Assembly (NCBI GenBank): GCA_040905565.1
Contig: JBBDRF010000083.1
Coordinates: forward strand, 1-64,000
Reading direction: 5' to 3'
Origin: Phycisphaeraceae bacterium
Lineage (GTDB): Bacteria > Planctomycetota > Phycisphaerae > Phycisphaerales > Zrk34
Length of the DNA stretch: 64,000 nt
Shown here: in pieces, positions 20,593 through 32,600 of the stretch
How positions within the stretch are numbered: the first letter of the stretch is position 1
How the letters are laid out: each line of letters opens with the position of its first letter
Translations under genes and position numbers: made by a program
Notes under the pieces: generated by a model
The model's database searches: none
What the model saw: the letters and a program-made list of their open reading frames with translations, nothing else
What the model was told of the DNA's origin: nothing

Positions 20593-21524
20593 TGCACCTC
20601 CCCGGTCGTGAGATCCATGAACACCTGCTCCAGGTTGGCGCGGCGTTGGCGAAATTCCGCAATGCGAAAATCACGCTTCAACAGTTCCGCCAGCAGATCG
20701 CAGCACGTCTCTTCCGAGCCGCTTACGTCCGCCTCCACATGCGTATCCAGCATCCGCGTCTGCTCGATGTGAGGCATCTCCAGCAGGGCTTTATGAAGCG
20801 CGGCCTGTTCACCGCTGACGCGGATCACCATCGTCCGAAGGTTCGTCGCTTCCGGGTTGGTCGTGATCTGCTCCATCGTCCCCGCCCGCAGGATTCGGCC
20901 GCGCTCGATGATCACCGCACCATCGCAGATCTCCCCCAGTTCGCTGAGAATGTGCGAGCTGATCAGGATTGCCTTGCCCTGCCCCGCCAGATTCTTCAGC
21001 AGTTCGCGCAGTTCGATGCGTGCTCTTGGATCAAGCCCCGCCGCCGGCTCATCAAGCACCAGCAACGGCGGATCATGCACCAGCGTCCGCGCCAGCGAAA
21101 CGCGCTGCTTCATGCCCTTGCTCAGCGACGCCAGCGTCTTCTGCTTAATGCCGGAGAGGTTCGTGAACTCTTCCACCGCATCGATCACCTTCGCCCGCCG
21201 AGGCATGCGAATGCCGTAGGCACGCGCGAAGAAATCCAGATACTCATGCACGCTGATGTCGTGATGGGCGGGCAGCGCGTCGGGCATGAAGCCGATCAGC
21301 CTTCGCGCCTGCTCGGGGTTCTCCACAATGCTCAGCCCGTCGATCTGAATATCGCCTTCGGTGGGATCGTCAAGCGTCGCCAGGATGCGCATGGTCGTCG
21401 TTTTGCCTGCCCCGTTGGGCCCCACGAAGCCAAACGTCTGGCCGGCTCCGAAGGCGAAGCTGACATCGTCGACCGCCGTCGTCTCGCCGAACCGCCGCAC
21501 GAGTTGGTTCACTTCGACCTTCAT
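20589..21524 (-). CDS. ABC transporter ATP-binding protein
   Basis: GPNGAGKTT, LSKGMKQR, LDEP, SSH. Confidence 0.95.
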   Translation of the reverse strand: MKVEVNQLVRRFGETTAVDDVSFAFGAGQTFGFVGPNGAGKTTTMRILATLDDPTEGDIQIDGLSIVENPEQARRLIGFMPDALPAHHDISVHEYLDFFARAYGIRMPRRAKVIDAVEEFTNLSGIKQKTLASLSKGMKQRVSLARTLVHDPPLLVLDEPAAGLDPRARIELRELLKNLAGQGKAILISSHILSELGEICDGAVIIERGRILRAGTMEQITTNPEATNLRTMVIRVSGEQAALHKALLEMPHIEQTRMLDTHVEADVSGSEETCCDLLAELLKRDFRIAEFRQRRANLEQVFMDLTTGEVQ

Positions 21525-23359
21525 GGCTGCACCTCCGACCGCGCGGCCGCATCACTGAAATCGCCCGCCCCCAGCTTTCCGAACACCACGCTCTGCTGCG
21601 GCCGGGTGTGGTAACGCGTCAGCGACGGATCGACAAACGGCGACGTCTCGAGCACCGCCACGTACCAGCCGGGCTTAAGCACCGCCCGAAGGTTCTCGTC
21701 ATCCCAGCCCGTCACGGCGGAAACGTCCTGCGAAAGCATGCCCCGCAGCGACCGGCTGGCCGTCGCCAGATTCGCCGTGCGTGCGACCACCGCTTCCCCG
21801 AGTTGACGCGTCGTGGCCCTCTCGCCCGCTGCGATCTCATCCGCACGATGAATCGCCCCGCCAGCATCCATGTATTGCACGCTGACGAGCGGTGCTTCGA
21901 GGTTATTGATGAGCACGGGCGTGCCTTCATCATCGTGGTCGACCTGCAGACGCCGACGATCGGTCGCCACCCGCCGCACGCGGAAATGACTCGGCACACC
22001 CGCCGTCACCCAGCCGCTGGCAAGGTGCTGCTCGTTGCCCACCCACGCCACGGTGCGAGGCCGGCCCGCCTCCTGCCAGTCGTCCGAAAACTGCTGCGTC
22101 AGTTCAGTATTCGCATCGAAGCGAAGCCCGTCGCTCGGCGACAGCGGCGCGTGATAGCCGAGCATCCCCCGCGTCACCGCCCGATGCTCCTGCTGATCCA
22201 GCACCGTCACCGTCGCCAGCCGAATCGTCGGCGTGATGCCGTCCGCCAGCACGCTGTAAGCGAACACCGACCCGCAAAACACCAGCGAAATCAACGGCGT
22301 CGTCCACAGCAGCCATATCCGACGCTTCTTCCGGCTAAGCACAATCAGATTCACAGGCCCCGCCACCACCGCGAACACCACCAGCAGTGCGAACAGACTT
22401 CGCACCGGCACGGCGATGTCGTCCAGCACCGGGAAACGCTGATGGGCCTGACGCATGCTCATTCGATCGACCAAGGCCTCGTGGGTGTCCGCCGCGGCAT
22501 CGGTCAGCCGACTCCACGGCAGGTTGCCCAGCTCATAACCCAACTTCGACTCATCGATCTGCATCATCTGCCCGAAGCCGATTTGCCCGGCGTGCCCGTT
22601 TTCGAACGGCTCCGCCTCGCTCTCCGCCGGCAGTTCAACATCGCCCAGCAGCGCCAGCACCCCGCCGGCCCGGGTGTAATCCAGCAGCGCGCTGCGCACT
22701 TCGGGCGGCGCGGCTCGCCATTCATCGGCCGTGACGACCACCGCGGCATAGGGACTGTAACTCAGCCACTGCCGACTCCACTGCCCCGGCGATTCCGAAT
22801 GACGCGTGAACTCATATTCAAACCTGCCCCGGCTCTCCATGACCGAAGGCGTATCCATCGCCTGGTACGAAGCGAGCACGAACACCTTCTCGCCCCCCGA
22901 CCGCGACCAGGATGGCCCGAAAGCGTTGGAACCGCTACCGGCACTACGTAGGCCGTCGCGCTGTTGCCGACCGTCGATGCTGACGGAAAAACCGCTGCCG
23001 CTGAGCGAAACGGGCGGTTGCGGGATCGAAAGCCTCGCCCGCGCGCCCGGCGGCAGCTCCACGCTCCGCGTCAGCCGGCTGATCCGGTGGTCGCTGCCGT
23101 AGTTGCTCCGCGGTGCCGTCAGCGTCACACGATGCGTCTGCGAATCCGACCGATTCTCGATCACGAACGTGTGATCCACGTAACCGAAGCGTGCCTCGTC
23201 GGGCGAAACGGTCACATTGGCAATCCGTATGGCGTCGAATGTCTGTTGCGACTGCGCCGACACCAGCGGCGTCATGCAGAGCATCAACAACAACGCCAGG
23301 CAGGTCGATCGTTGCACGGCGGCCGATGCCACCGCGACGGCGGGAGGGTTGCCAATCAT
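21521..23359 (-). CDS. Exported/membrane hypothetical protein of the MoxR-ABC operon
   Basis: Signal-peptide-like segment, GATase-like L.DY..AGG.L segment, central TM hairpin (GPVNLIVLSRKKRRIWLLWTTP); start uncertain. Confidence 0.7.
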   Translation of the reverse strand: MIGNPPAVAVASAAVQRSTCLALLLMLCMTPLVSAQSQQTFDAIRIANVTVSPDEARFGYVDHTFVIENRSDSQTHRVTLTAPRSNYGSDHRISRLTRSVELPPGARARLSIPQPPVSLSGSGFSVSIDGRQQRDGLRSAGSGSNAFGPSWSRSGGEKVFVLASYQAMDTPSVMESRGRFEYEFTRHSESPGQWSRQWLSYSPYAAVVVTADEWRAAPPEVRSALLDYTRAGGVLALLGDVELPAESEAEPFENGHAGQIGFGQMMQIDESKLGYELGNLPWSRLTDAAADTHEALVDRMSMRQAHQRFPVLDDIAVPVRSLFALLVVFAVVAGPVNLIVLSRKKRRIWLLWTTPLISLVFCGSVFAYSVLADGITPTIRLATVTVLDQQEHRAVTRGMLGYHAPLSPSDGLRFDANTELTQQFSDDWQEAGRPRTVAWVGNEQHLASGWVTAGVPSHFRVRRVATDRRRLQVDHDDEGTPVLINNLEAPLVSVQYMDAGGAIHRADEIAAGERATTRQLGEAVVARTANLATASRSLRGMLSQDVSAVTGWDDENLRAVLKPGWYVAVLETSPFVDPSLTRYHTRPQQSVVFGKLGAGDFSDAAARSEVQP

Positions 23360-23363
23360 GCGT

Positions 23364-24422
23364 TTACCCCGGGGACTGGGTGGTGGAAGCTGAACTGATC
23401 TGAACGTCGTCAGGCAGATCAAGCGATGCCGGGTCAAGCGCCTCAAGCAGTGAGCGGATCACCGCTGTGGTGTCCACCTGATCGAAGCGTGCTTTGTAGT
23501 TGAGGATGATGCGATGGTTCATCACCGCCACCGCAACCGCGTGCACATCTTCAAAGCCGACCGTCGGCCGGGCGTCGAGCAAAGCGTGCCCACGTGCCGC
23601 CTCGGCGATCGCAATGGCCGCACGGGCGCTCGCCCCGTAGGTGACGTACTGCGTGACAAGCGGGGTGGCTTCGTTAGATTCCGAATGTGTCGCCGCCACC
23701 AGCCGTGCGATGTACCGCACCAGCGCACGCGGCAGGTAGATACCCTCCATCACCTGGAAAATTTCCTCGAGCTGCTCACGCGAGAGTGACCAGTCAGGCT
23801 TCGGCGGCTCACCGCGCCGGCGCGACGAGATGATCTGCTCAAGCACGTCAATGTTCGCCCCACCCACGTGCAGCTTGAACAGGAACCGATCCAGCTGCGC
23901 CTCCGGCAGCGGGTACGTGCCCTCCAGTTCGATCGGGTTCTGCGAAGCGAGCACGAAGAACGGATCCGGCAGCGGCCGCGTCGCATTCAACAGCGTCACG
24001 CAACGTTCCTGCATCGCCTCCAGCAAGGCAGCCTGCGTCTTCGGCGAAGCGCGGTTGATCTCGTCGGCAAGCACCAGATTCGAGAAGATCGGCCCGGGCT
24101 CGAAGTTCATCTCACGACGGCCCTCAGCATTCTCCTGGAGAATGTGCGTGCCGAGGATATCGCCCGGCATCAGGTCCGGCGTGAACTGAACGCGGCTGAA
24201 ATCCAGGCGCATCAGCTCCGAAAGCGTCTTCACCAGCTGCGTCTTCCCGACGCCCGGCAAGCCCTCGAGCAGAATGTGACCGCGGCTGAGAATGCCGACG
24301 AGCACGAGGCGATTCAAGTCCCCCTGCCCGAGCAACACCGCATCCAGTTCCTCGAGCAGACGCCCAGCGGCCCGGGCGGCAGGTTCGAGCCGATCGGGCG
24401 GCAGAAGATCCGCGCTACTCAT
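23364..24422 (-). CDS. MoxR-family AAA+ ATPase
   Basis: GLPGVGKT, RVQFTPDLMPGDI, DEINRASPKTQAALLEAMQE, QNPIELEGTYPLPEAQLDRF. Confidence 0.96.
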   Translation of the reverse strand: MSSADLLPPDRLEPAARAAGRLLEELDAVLLGQGDLNRLVLVGILSRGHILLEGLPGVGKTQLVKTLSELMRLDFSRVQFTPDLMPGDILGTHILQENAEGRREMNFEPGPIFSNLVLADEINRASPKTQAALLEAMQERCVTLLNATRPLPDPFFVLASQNPIELEGTYPLPEAQLDRFLFKLHVGGANIDVLEQIISSRRRGEPPKPDWSLSREQLEEIFQVMEGIYLPRALVRYIARLVAATHSESNEATPLVTQYVTYGASARAAIAIAEAARGHALLDARPTVGFEDVHAVAVAVMNHRIILNYKARFDQVDTTAVIRSLLEALDPASLDLPDDVQISSASTTQSPG

Positions 24423-24505
24423 CAGCAGTTTCCATCAGGGAGGTAAGCATCAACAACTCCAACGAAGGCCCGTCAAAACGAAATAACACGACACAAAAAA
24501 ACACA

Positions 24506-25921
24506 TCACTCGCGATCGAAGTACCGCTGCACCGCCCCCCGATGCCGAGGCAGAATCACCTGCGACGCCGCCCCGCCGCCGCCCGACGCTGCACCATCCA
24601 GCGCGGTCGCGCTTGAGCGTTGCTCCGGCAGATCAACCTCAGGTGCCGTCGAAGATAGGCCGATCAGCGTCGATCCTTCTCGGTCGATGGCGGCGGGTGA
24701 AAGCGCGACCGGTTCGAAGGCGGCGTCGTCTGTCCGGATCGGCGCCTCTGCAAGCGTGGCCGGCGCCGACGCGTTGCCGATGCCCTGACCGCCGCCCGTG
24801 CCGAGCATCGCGGCGAGCATTGCCGCCCCATCGCTTTCGCCGGCCTCTTCGCACAGGGCCGCCCACTCGGGGTCGATCAGCCGCCCTTCAACCAGACGCT
24901 GAATTTTTCCGCTGCCGCCCTGCCCCATGTTCTCGCACTCACCGGCAAGCTCGGAAAGCTTCTCCAGCATCTCGGCGTCCATCGCCCGGGCCTCGCCGTT
25001 CGCCAGCGCTTCGGCCATTTTGCCAAGCGTCTCCGCATCAAGCTTGCTGCCCTCGGCCCCGCTCTTGGCCATGGCCTCAGCCAGCGCCTCCGCCAGCTCG
25101 GGGTCAAGTTCGCCCAGCCGATCCGCCAGTTCGCTGAGCGCTTCGGACGCGGCGTTCGCATCCAACTGCGGCAGGTCCGACATCTGATCGTCCGCCAGCG
25201 CCTCGGCCAGCGCGCCAAGCTCCGCAAGATCGCCTGTGTCGGTGACCGTCTTCTCCGCCGCCTCCTCCGCGGCCTGCGACAGCTGGTTCTCTAAATGGTC
25301 GAGCATCTCCCACGCGCGCATCGCATCTTCGCGTGCGGTGTCGTCAAGATCCTTAAGCGTCTCCCGGAAATCCTCCGCCTGTTCAGCCTCGATCGCCTGC
25401 TCCTCGTCGAGCAGGTCGAGCCGATCTTCCAGCGTTTGAATGTTGTCCGCCAGCTGCACGCGACCGTCATCGCGCTGCGCCACCACAGCCGGGTCAGGCA
25501 CCACGAACGCCAGCATCACAAACGCCAGCGCCGCCGCCAGCAGCCCCCACTGCCGCCCGCTCCGCCACTGGATGCGCAGCGGCGCGAGCCTTCGACGTGA
25601 AAGCCAGCCGCCCAGATCGATCTCCCCTTCGCTCATGACCAGCCCGCCAGACCGCTGCTGCCGATCGCACAGCGCACGGATGCCCTGCTCACTGGGCACC
25701 CGCAAGCGACCACGCACCACGGCGACGATGGCTGCGACTGCGATGCCCAGCGCTCCCCATCCCAGCCACTGCCGTTCCACCAGTCCCAGCGCTCGCAGTG
25801 CCACGACGACGACACCCCATGCGAACAGGTAAAGCGTGATCAACTGAAGCGCCTGACGTAGCGTGAGCGTCCAGCGCAGTTGCCGGCGCACGGTGCGAAT
25901 CAGTGAGTCGGGCGTCCCCAT
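24506..25921 (-). CDS. Membrane-anchored acidic coiled-coil protein
   Basis: Three N-terminal TMs, long D/E/A helical region, C-terminal LPRHRGAVQRYF motif of the kind seen in MoxR-operon partners. Confidence 0.7.
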   Translation of the reverse strand: MGTPDSLIRTVRRQLRWTLTLRQALQLITLYLFAWGVVVVALRALGLVERQWLGWGALGIAVAAIVAVVRGRLRVPSEQGIRALCDRQQRSGGLVMSEGEIDLGGWLSRRRLAPLRIQWRSGRQWGLLAAALAFVMLAFVVPDPAVVAQRDDGRVQLADNIQTLEDRLDLLDEEQAIEAEQAEDFRETLKDLDDTAREDAMRAWEMLDHLENQLSQAAEEAAEKTVTDTGDLAELGALAEALADDQMSDLPQLDANAASEALSELADRLGELDPELAEALAEAMAKSGAEGSKLDAETLGKMAEALANGEARAMDAEMLEKLSELAGECENMGQGGSGKIQRLVEGRLIDPEWAALCEEAGESDGAAMLAAMLGTGGGQGIGNASAPATLAEAPIRTDDAAFEPVALSPAAIDREGSTLIGLSSTAPEVDLPEQRSSATALDGAASGGGGAASQVILPRHRGAVQRYFDRE

Positions 25922-26090
25922 GAGCGACCGTCCTTACGTTTGTTAAACAACCCAGGACCGGGTGTGATGCCGTTGCCTCATTATCCGCGATAGAATTCGA
26001 AACATCCAGAACTTTTCCCGTCGCAACTGTGCGATGGCGACAACAGCCGACGCCTCAGCGGCCTGCCGTGTCTTCTTTGCCACGGTTGCG

Positions 26091-26642
26091 CTAGTTCGGG
26101 CGGATCGCCAGCGAAACGGGGGCCGAATAAACCGGCGAAGCCTCCGCAACATCGGGCACATATCGCGCGAGGATGGTGACTTCCCCGTGCTCGAAGGGCT
26201 CGCCTTTATCCCACCGCAGCGTAAAGCCGTACCCCACCCCGAGGGCCGATCGGCTTGCTGTACTCGCCAGTTGTGCGGGATCGAAAACCCACGTCTGACG
26301 CGGCTCCGCCGTCGCGACATCGCGACGCCTGATCACGCCATCAAAAAGCATCACCTCCAGCACGCCGGTTTTGATCGGCAAGGAGCGATAGCCGTCCTGG
26401 CCGACCGCATAGATGCTCGCGGCGAACCCATCGGGCCCCGGCTCATCATCCAGATTCAGCGCGGTCGGCGACGTCAGCAACTTCAGATCGTAAACGACCC
26501 GCTCGCCTGCTGCCGCAGCACCGGGCTGAGCGCGCGGTGATCGCGAGTCGGCCCCGGGCGTCGCTTCGCAACCGACGGCCGCCACCACCATCGCCACCCA
26601 CACAAGCCCGCTCATGACCAAACGGCCCATGCTACTGCTCAT
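26091..26642 (-). CDS. Lipoprotein directly downstream of the secretin (pilotin candidate)
   Basis: Hydrophobic stretch ending in lipobox AVGC; start overlaps the secretin stop (alternative start 26630). Confidence 0.7.
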   Translation of the reverse strand: MSSSMGRLVMSGLVWVAMVVAAVGCEATPGADSRSPRAQPGAAAAGERVVYDLKLLTSPTALNLDDEPGPDGFAASIYAVGQDGYRSLPIKTGVLEVMLFDGVIRRRDVATAEPRQTWVFDPAQLASTASRSALGVGYGFTLRWDKGEPFEHGEVTILARYVPDVAEASPVYSAPVSLAIRPN

Positions 26643-29600
26643 CAGGCTCACCCTGCTCGTCGTCGCCGATGGTCTCATGCGGGATACGCGGATCATCACT
26701 GAGAGGCCTGAACTCGGGCCGCTCCTCCGGCTCCGGATCAACGTTGTAAACGCCGTCTTCACCGACCTCCTTCATCAGTCGTTCACGCATCGGATCATTG
26801 ATCGGCATGTCATGAATCGCGGACCCGTCGATGTGCTCACGGGTGACGCGGTTCGCGTCGGACACGTCGTGGATGACATGAGGCGTGAGGATAATCAGCA
26901 ACTCCGTCCGCTCTGTTGAAGTCCGCGTTGAGCGGAACGCCGCGCCGATCAACGGCAGATCGCCGAAGAACGGCACCTTGTCTTCGATGAAATCGTCACG
27001 GCTGGAAATCAGCCCGCCGATGATAATCGTGTTCCCGTCCTGCACCGAGACCTGCGTCTCGGCGCGGCGTCGATCGATGATCGGCAACCGGAAGTCGGGC
27101 GTCACCTGCACCGTCTGAGCCGACAATGCACTGATCTCCGGCGCGACCGTCAGATTCACAAAACCCTCCGGGCTAATACGAGGCGTCACCGACAACAGAA
27201 TGCCCACGTCGCGATAGTCCACGGCCGTCACTGTTGTCGCCGAAGTCAGGTCGCTGGTGCGTGCTTCATCGATGACGGGAATTTCCGAGCCGACCTGGAT
27301 GGTCGCTTCCATGTTATCCGCCGCGAGTATCTGCGGCCGTGAAAGCACTTCAAGCCGCCCCTCGGCCTGGAGCGCACGGAGCAGGAACTGGAAGTCACCG
27401 CCGGTGATCATCGTCGAGAACCCACCGCTCTGCAGAAGGTCCCCCGCCACGCCGAAGTCCGTTCCCGTTTGGATCGGCGTGCCGTCGAGCACCGGCGTGT
27501 AACTCCACTCAACACCCAGATCGAGTTCATCGTTCAGCGTGACCTCCGCGAGCATCACCTGAATCAACACCTGCGGCTGCGGTTTGTCCAGATCCTCAAT
27601 CAATTCGGCGACGTCGGGAAAGTATCGCGGCGAGGCGGAGATCAACAGCGTGTTGGAAGACTGCTCCGCCACGATTGCGATCTCGCGATCCAGCAGCCCC
27701 TGAACCGTGCCGATCCCTTCATCACCGAGAATCTGCGTCACCCGCATGCGCTCCTGATCGAGAAAATCCCGGATCGCCAGTTCGATGTCGATCGCCTGCG
27801 CATGGCGAAGACGATACACGCGTGAGATTCGCTCCTGAGCCGGGCTTGAATCCAGTTCCGCAATCAGCTCCGAAGCCAGCCTCACGTAGTGCTCGGTGCC
27901 GCCGACCAGCAGCGAGTTCGTCCGCATGTCGACGGTGACCGTCAGCGCGTGCTGCTCAGCCGTTCCGAGTGTTGCCGCGGCATTGAGGTCACTGCCGTTC
28001 AGGTCGCTGCCGTCACCTGCCTCGACTGGCTGTCCTCCCGCCGCTTCGCCCTCAGCGTCGCCCGGCCGCACCAGCGTGTAGCGAATGGAGCGCTCCGTCT
28101 CCGCCGCCGTCTGCTGCAAGCGGAACAGGTCCGAAAGCACGTCCGCCATCTGCCCTGCGTCCGCGTTCTCCAGCGAGAAAACCTGAATGCTTGCGATCTG
28201 CGGCGAGGAAGCGTCCAGCCTTGAAATCACATGCTCAAGCAACGGCATCGCCTCGACCGGAGCGGAGATCACCAGCGAATTCGTGCGCGTATCAGGCGTA
28301 ACCAACACGCCCTCCTGAAGCGCCGACGCAATCTCTTCCTGCTGATCGTCCGCCGTCCGCGCCACGAACTGCAGCAGCCGTTGCCCGGCATCGGGCGCGT
28401 CGCCAGGGGCCGTCGGCGTGCTCGTCAGCAGTTCTGTCAAAAGCGTCGACAGTTCATTCGCCCTTGCGTGCTTGAGCTGAATCACGCGAATCTCCGCCAC
28501 CCGGGCGAGGTCTTCGGTATCCAGCCGCTTCACAAGGCTGCCGATCCGCTTCGCGTCCGCGGAACCGGCCGAAACGACGATCGCGTTCAGCCTTTCATCC
28601 ACATTCAGCGCCACCTGCTGCCCGCCCGGCCCCGCCTGCCGATACAGGCTCTCGATCGTCTCAGCAACCTGGCTTGCGTCGGCCTTGGCAAGCCGGAAAA
28701 TTTCAACGTTGTCCTCATCATGGGCCCCGGTATCGAGACGCTCCACGAGCGAGGCGACCATTGCCATGTCTTCCGCTGCTGCGGAGACGAGCACGGCGTT
28801 CGCCCACGGATCGGCGATGACGGTGATCGTCTGCGGAGCCGGCGCTCCCGCAGCACTCGGCCGCGCCGAGAACAGCTGCTCAAGCGTCTGCTGCACCTTC
28901 GCCGCGGTCGAATTGGCCAGCGGGAAGATTCGGTAATTCGCCCGCTCGATCGAGTCCGGTTGATCGAGTTGATCGATCAGCCGTTCAAGCGTGAGAAAGC
29001 TCTCCGTCCCGCCGGTGACCAGCAACGCATTCGTGCGATCGTCAGCCATGATGGAGACAGGCAACGTCGGTTCGCCGGCAATCTCTTCGGTCGAACGGCG
29101 GGAATCAAAGAAATCCGTCAGCGTCGCCACCAACCTCGGCGCTGAGGCGTGCTCCAGCACGTACACGCGCATGTCTGTGCCGCCGGCGTGCGCTTCGGTA
29201 TCGATCTGTGCGACGACCTGTTCAATGATGGCCATGTTCTCCGGACTCGCGGAAACGATCAGCGTGTTCGCACGCGGATTCACCTCCACCGCCACGCGTT
29301 CACGGATCTGCTGCTGAGGCCCGCCCACCGCTGCCCCGGGCCGGTACACGCCCTGCGCGATCAGCGATTCAAGCGTCACCGCCGCCCGATGCGCCTCTGC
29401 ATGCTCCAGCGCAAACGTGCGGATCGAACCATCCTTCACCACCGGGTTCGTATCCACCTGTTCGATCAGTTCCCGCGCGACGTCGATGTTCTCCCCGCTG
29501 GCGGTGATGATCACCGAGTTGGTCAGCACGTCCGGATGCACCGCGACGTTTTCCTCGGGCAGTGCCGGTTGGCCGGGCGTTGTTGCGGTCTGCTGCCGCG

Positions 29601-32600
29601 ACGCAAACACCTGGTTCAGCATCTGCGCCACCGCCTGCGCCTGGTTGTTCGCCAGCGCCACCAGTTCGATTTGAACGGCCGGCGATTCGGGCTTGCGGTC
29701 AAGTTGTTCCAGCAGGTCATCAAGCGCGCGGCGATCGTCGGCAATGGCCACGACCATCAGGCTGTTCGTCCGAAGATCAGGCAGAATGATCGGCTGCCGG
29801 CTCGCCACGTCTTGCGTCTGCGCCGCGGCGTAACGCGCATCGAACAGGTTCGAAAGCGTCCCCGCCAGCGTCCCCGCACTCGCATGCTCCAGCGGAATCA
29901 GATCGATCTGCCCCGCAAGATTCGGCCCGTCGCGATCAAGCTGCTCAGCCAACCCTTCGACCATCTCATATGCTTCACGCGACCCCGCCACCAGCAGGGT
30001 ATTCGTTCGCGGATCGCTGATGATCTCCACCCGAAGCGATTCAGCCTCCGCACGCCCCATCGCCTGACGCTGCTCCACACGCGCATCCAGCAGCTGCTGA
30101 ATCATTCCCCCCAGCGCCTGCGCGTCGGCGTTCTCCACCAGAATCATGCGTACATCACGCAGTTCAACGGGCAGTTCCCGATCAAGCTGCTGCACCAGCC
30201 CCGCCACGATCCCCCAAGCCTTGTCGTTCGCTGCCACGATCAACGCATTCGTCCGAGGGTCCAGCGTCATATGGGGCCGATCGCCCGGCGGCATCTGCGA
30301 CGCCAACGGCCCCTCGTACATGTCCTCGATCACGCTCTGCACCGTTTCCGCATTCGCATGGTTCAGCGGAATAATGCGGATGTTGTCCATGCCCGTGGCG
30401 TCGGGGATGTCCATCGTCTGGATAACATCCGTGATCAACGGCATCATGTCCGACCGTGCCGCCACGATCAGCGTGTTGGTCACCTCGTCGGCCTGCACCA
30501 TCAGCGCTGCCCGCGTCTTGGGCTGTTCGGTCACCACCTCTTCGCCGTTGTCCAGCACGCGCCGCAGCCGCGTCACCTGCGTCGCCAGCCCCTCGGCCCC
30601 GGGGTCGGACCCCGTCTCAGTGAACACCGCCTGAAGCACCGGCGCCATGTTCGGAGCCGACGCATGCCGCAGACGGAACAGTTCCACCTCCGTCACGAAC
30701 CGCTCAACATCCTGATCGAGATCCGCCACAAGCGTCTCGGCGAGTTCCAATGCCGACGGATGCCCCGACAGAATCAGCGCGTTCGTCCGCGCATCGACCG
30801 CCACGTTCAGCTGCCCCGTCAAAGCCTCACCGCTGACGCCCTCCGGAAGCCCCGGCACGTTGCCCGGCCCCTCGCCCAGCGCCTGCCCCTGCGTAAAGAT
30901 ATCCTCAAGCGTCTCCTGAATCGTCGCGGCATCGGCACGCTCGAGCGCAATCAGCCGAACGTCCACGCCGTCCAGCAGCGGCACCGTGTCCATCATCTGC
31001 GCCACTGCTTCAAGCGCGGGCAGATTGGTCGGCGTCGAAGTCAGGATCAACATGTTCGACGCCTCGGCCGCAGCAACCTTGATCGGCTGCGCCAGGTCAA
31101 GCGTGACCACTTCGCCCTCGCCGTCGCGAATGTTTAACCTGCGGATCTGTTCCTGCAGCGCCATCGCCTCGGCCGTCAGCTCGCCATCCGCACTCGGCGA
31201 AAGCATCCCCGTCAGCACCTCCGCCATCGCCGACGCGTCTGCCTTCCGCAGCGGCACCAGTTGCACGTCCGCTTCGGTCAGCGTCGCCTCGGTGTCGAAC
31301 TGTTCGACCACGTCCGCCACCTGCTCGAAGACATGCTCGCGCCCGATCACGATCAGCGAGCGGCTCGCCGTATCCACATGGACGCTGACCGTGTCGCCCG
31401 GCCGAAGCTCCGCGAGATGGCTGATCATCTCTTCAACGATCGGCAGCAACCGGTCCGGCGACGCATGCTCCAGCGCGAACATCCGCATCTCCGCCTGGGG
31501 CGGCACGCCATCCTCATCAAGCTGCTCGATCAACGTTTCAACAATCTCAAAATGCGTCGGCCGCGCCCGCACAATCACACTCCGCGTCCGCGGCTCGGGA
31601 ATCACCGTGATCTTCTGCTGATGGGTCACGCGCCGTTCCTCACGCCCGCCACCACCCCCCTCGCGCCCCTCACCTTCCTGCAGCACCACCTCCACCGGGT
31701 CCTCACGAAACAACTGCGTCAGCGTCTCAGCGACAGCAGCTGGGTCCGCGTTCTCAAGCTGGAATCGCCGAAAATCGGCATCGCTGCTGATGAACGAAAA
31801 CGAAAGATCCGTCACCAGATCCTCCAGCGCATCAAGCTCATACCCCGGCCCCGAAAGCAGCAGCGTGTTCGAATCCCGATCATGGGCGATCGCGACGACC
31901 GGCTCCTCCTCAACATCAAAACCCTCGGGCAAATCCAGCCCCTCCAGCAGCGCTTCGGGATCAACCGCCCCGCCCGGCAGGTTCGGCCGAATGCCTTGAG
32001 GCAGACGATCAACCAGTTCCACATGCGTGCCGGTCATCTGCCCATGGACATCCCGCAGCATCTCCGCCATCTGTGCCGCAGGCACCTCCAACAGCGGAAT
32101 CACACGCACCTGAATCGTCTCATCACGCGTCACCTCATCAAGCTCTGCGATCATCTCCTCGATCGGATCCAAGTCCGCTTCTGGCGCGATGATCGTGATC
32201 GAATCGGTAAACATGTCCGCTTCAATCACGGGCCGCGTCTCCGCCTCGCGATCATCGAACAGCATCCGCAGGCGCGAGGCCACATCGAACGCGTCCGCGT
32301 GCTTAATCCGCACGTAGCGGATTGCGCGATCCATCGGCTCGGGCGCGTCATCCAGAGCCGCCAGCAACTGCTCAACCATGACAAACTGCGCACGCTGAGC
32401 CGAGATGACCAGGCTGTTTGTGCGATCATCGACGGTGATGGTGAACGCATCCGCCTCGCCGCGCCGCCCAAACACACCCTCCAGCATCTGCTCGAGCGTC
32501 GCTGAGATCTGCTCCGCCTCACCGTTTTGAATGCGGAAGATGCGGACATCGATCCCGCGATGGTCGCCCTGCTCGTCCAGCTCGCGGATGATCTCGAGCA

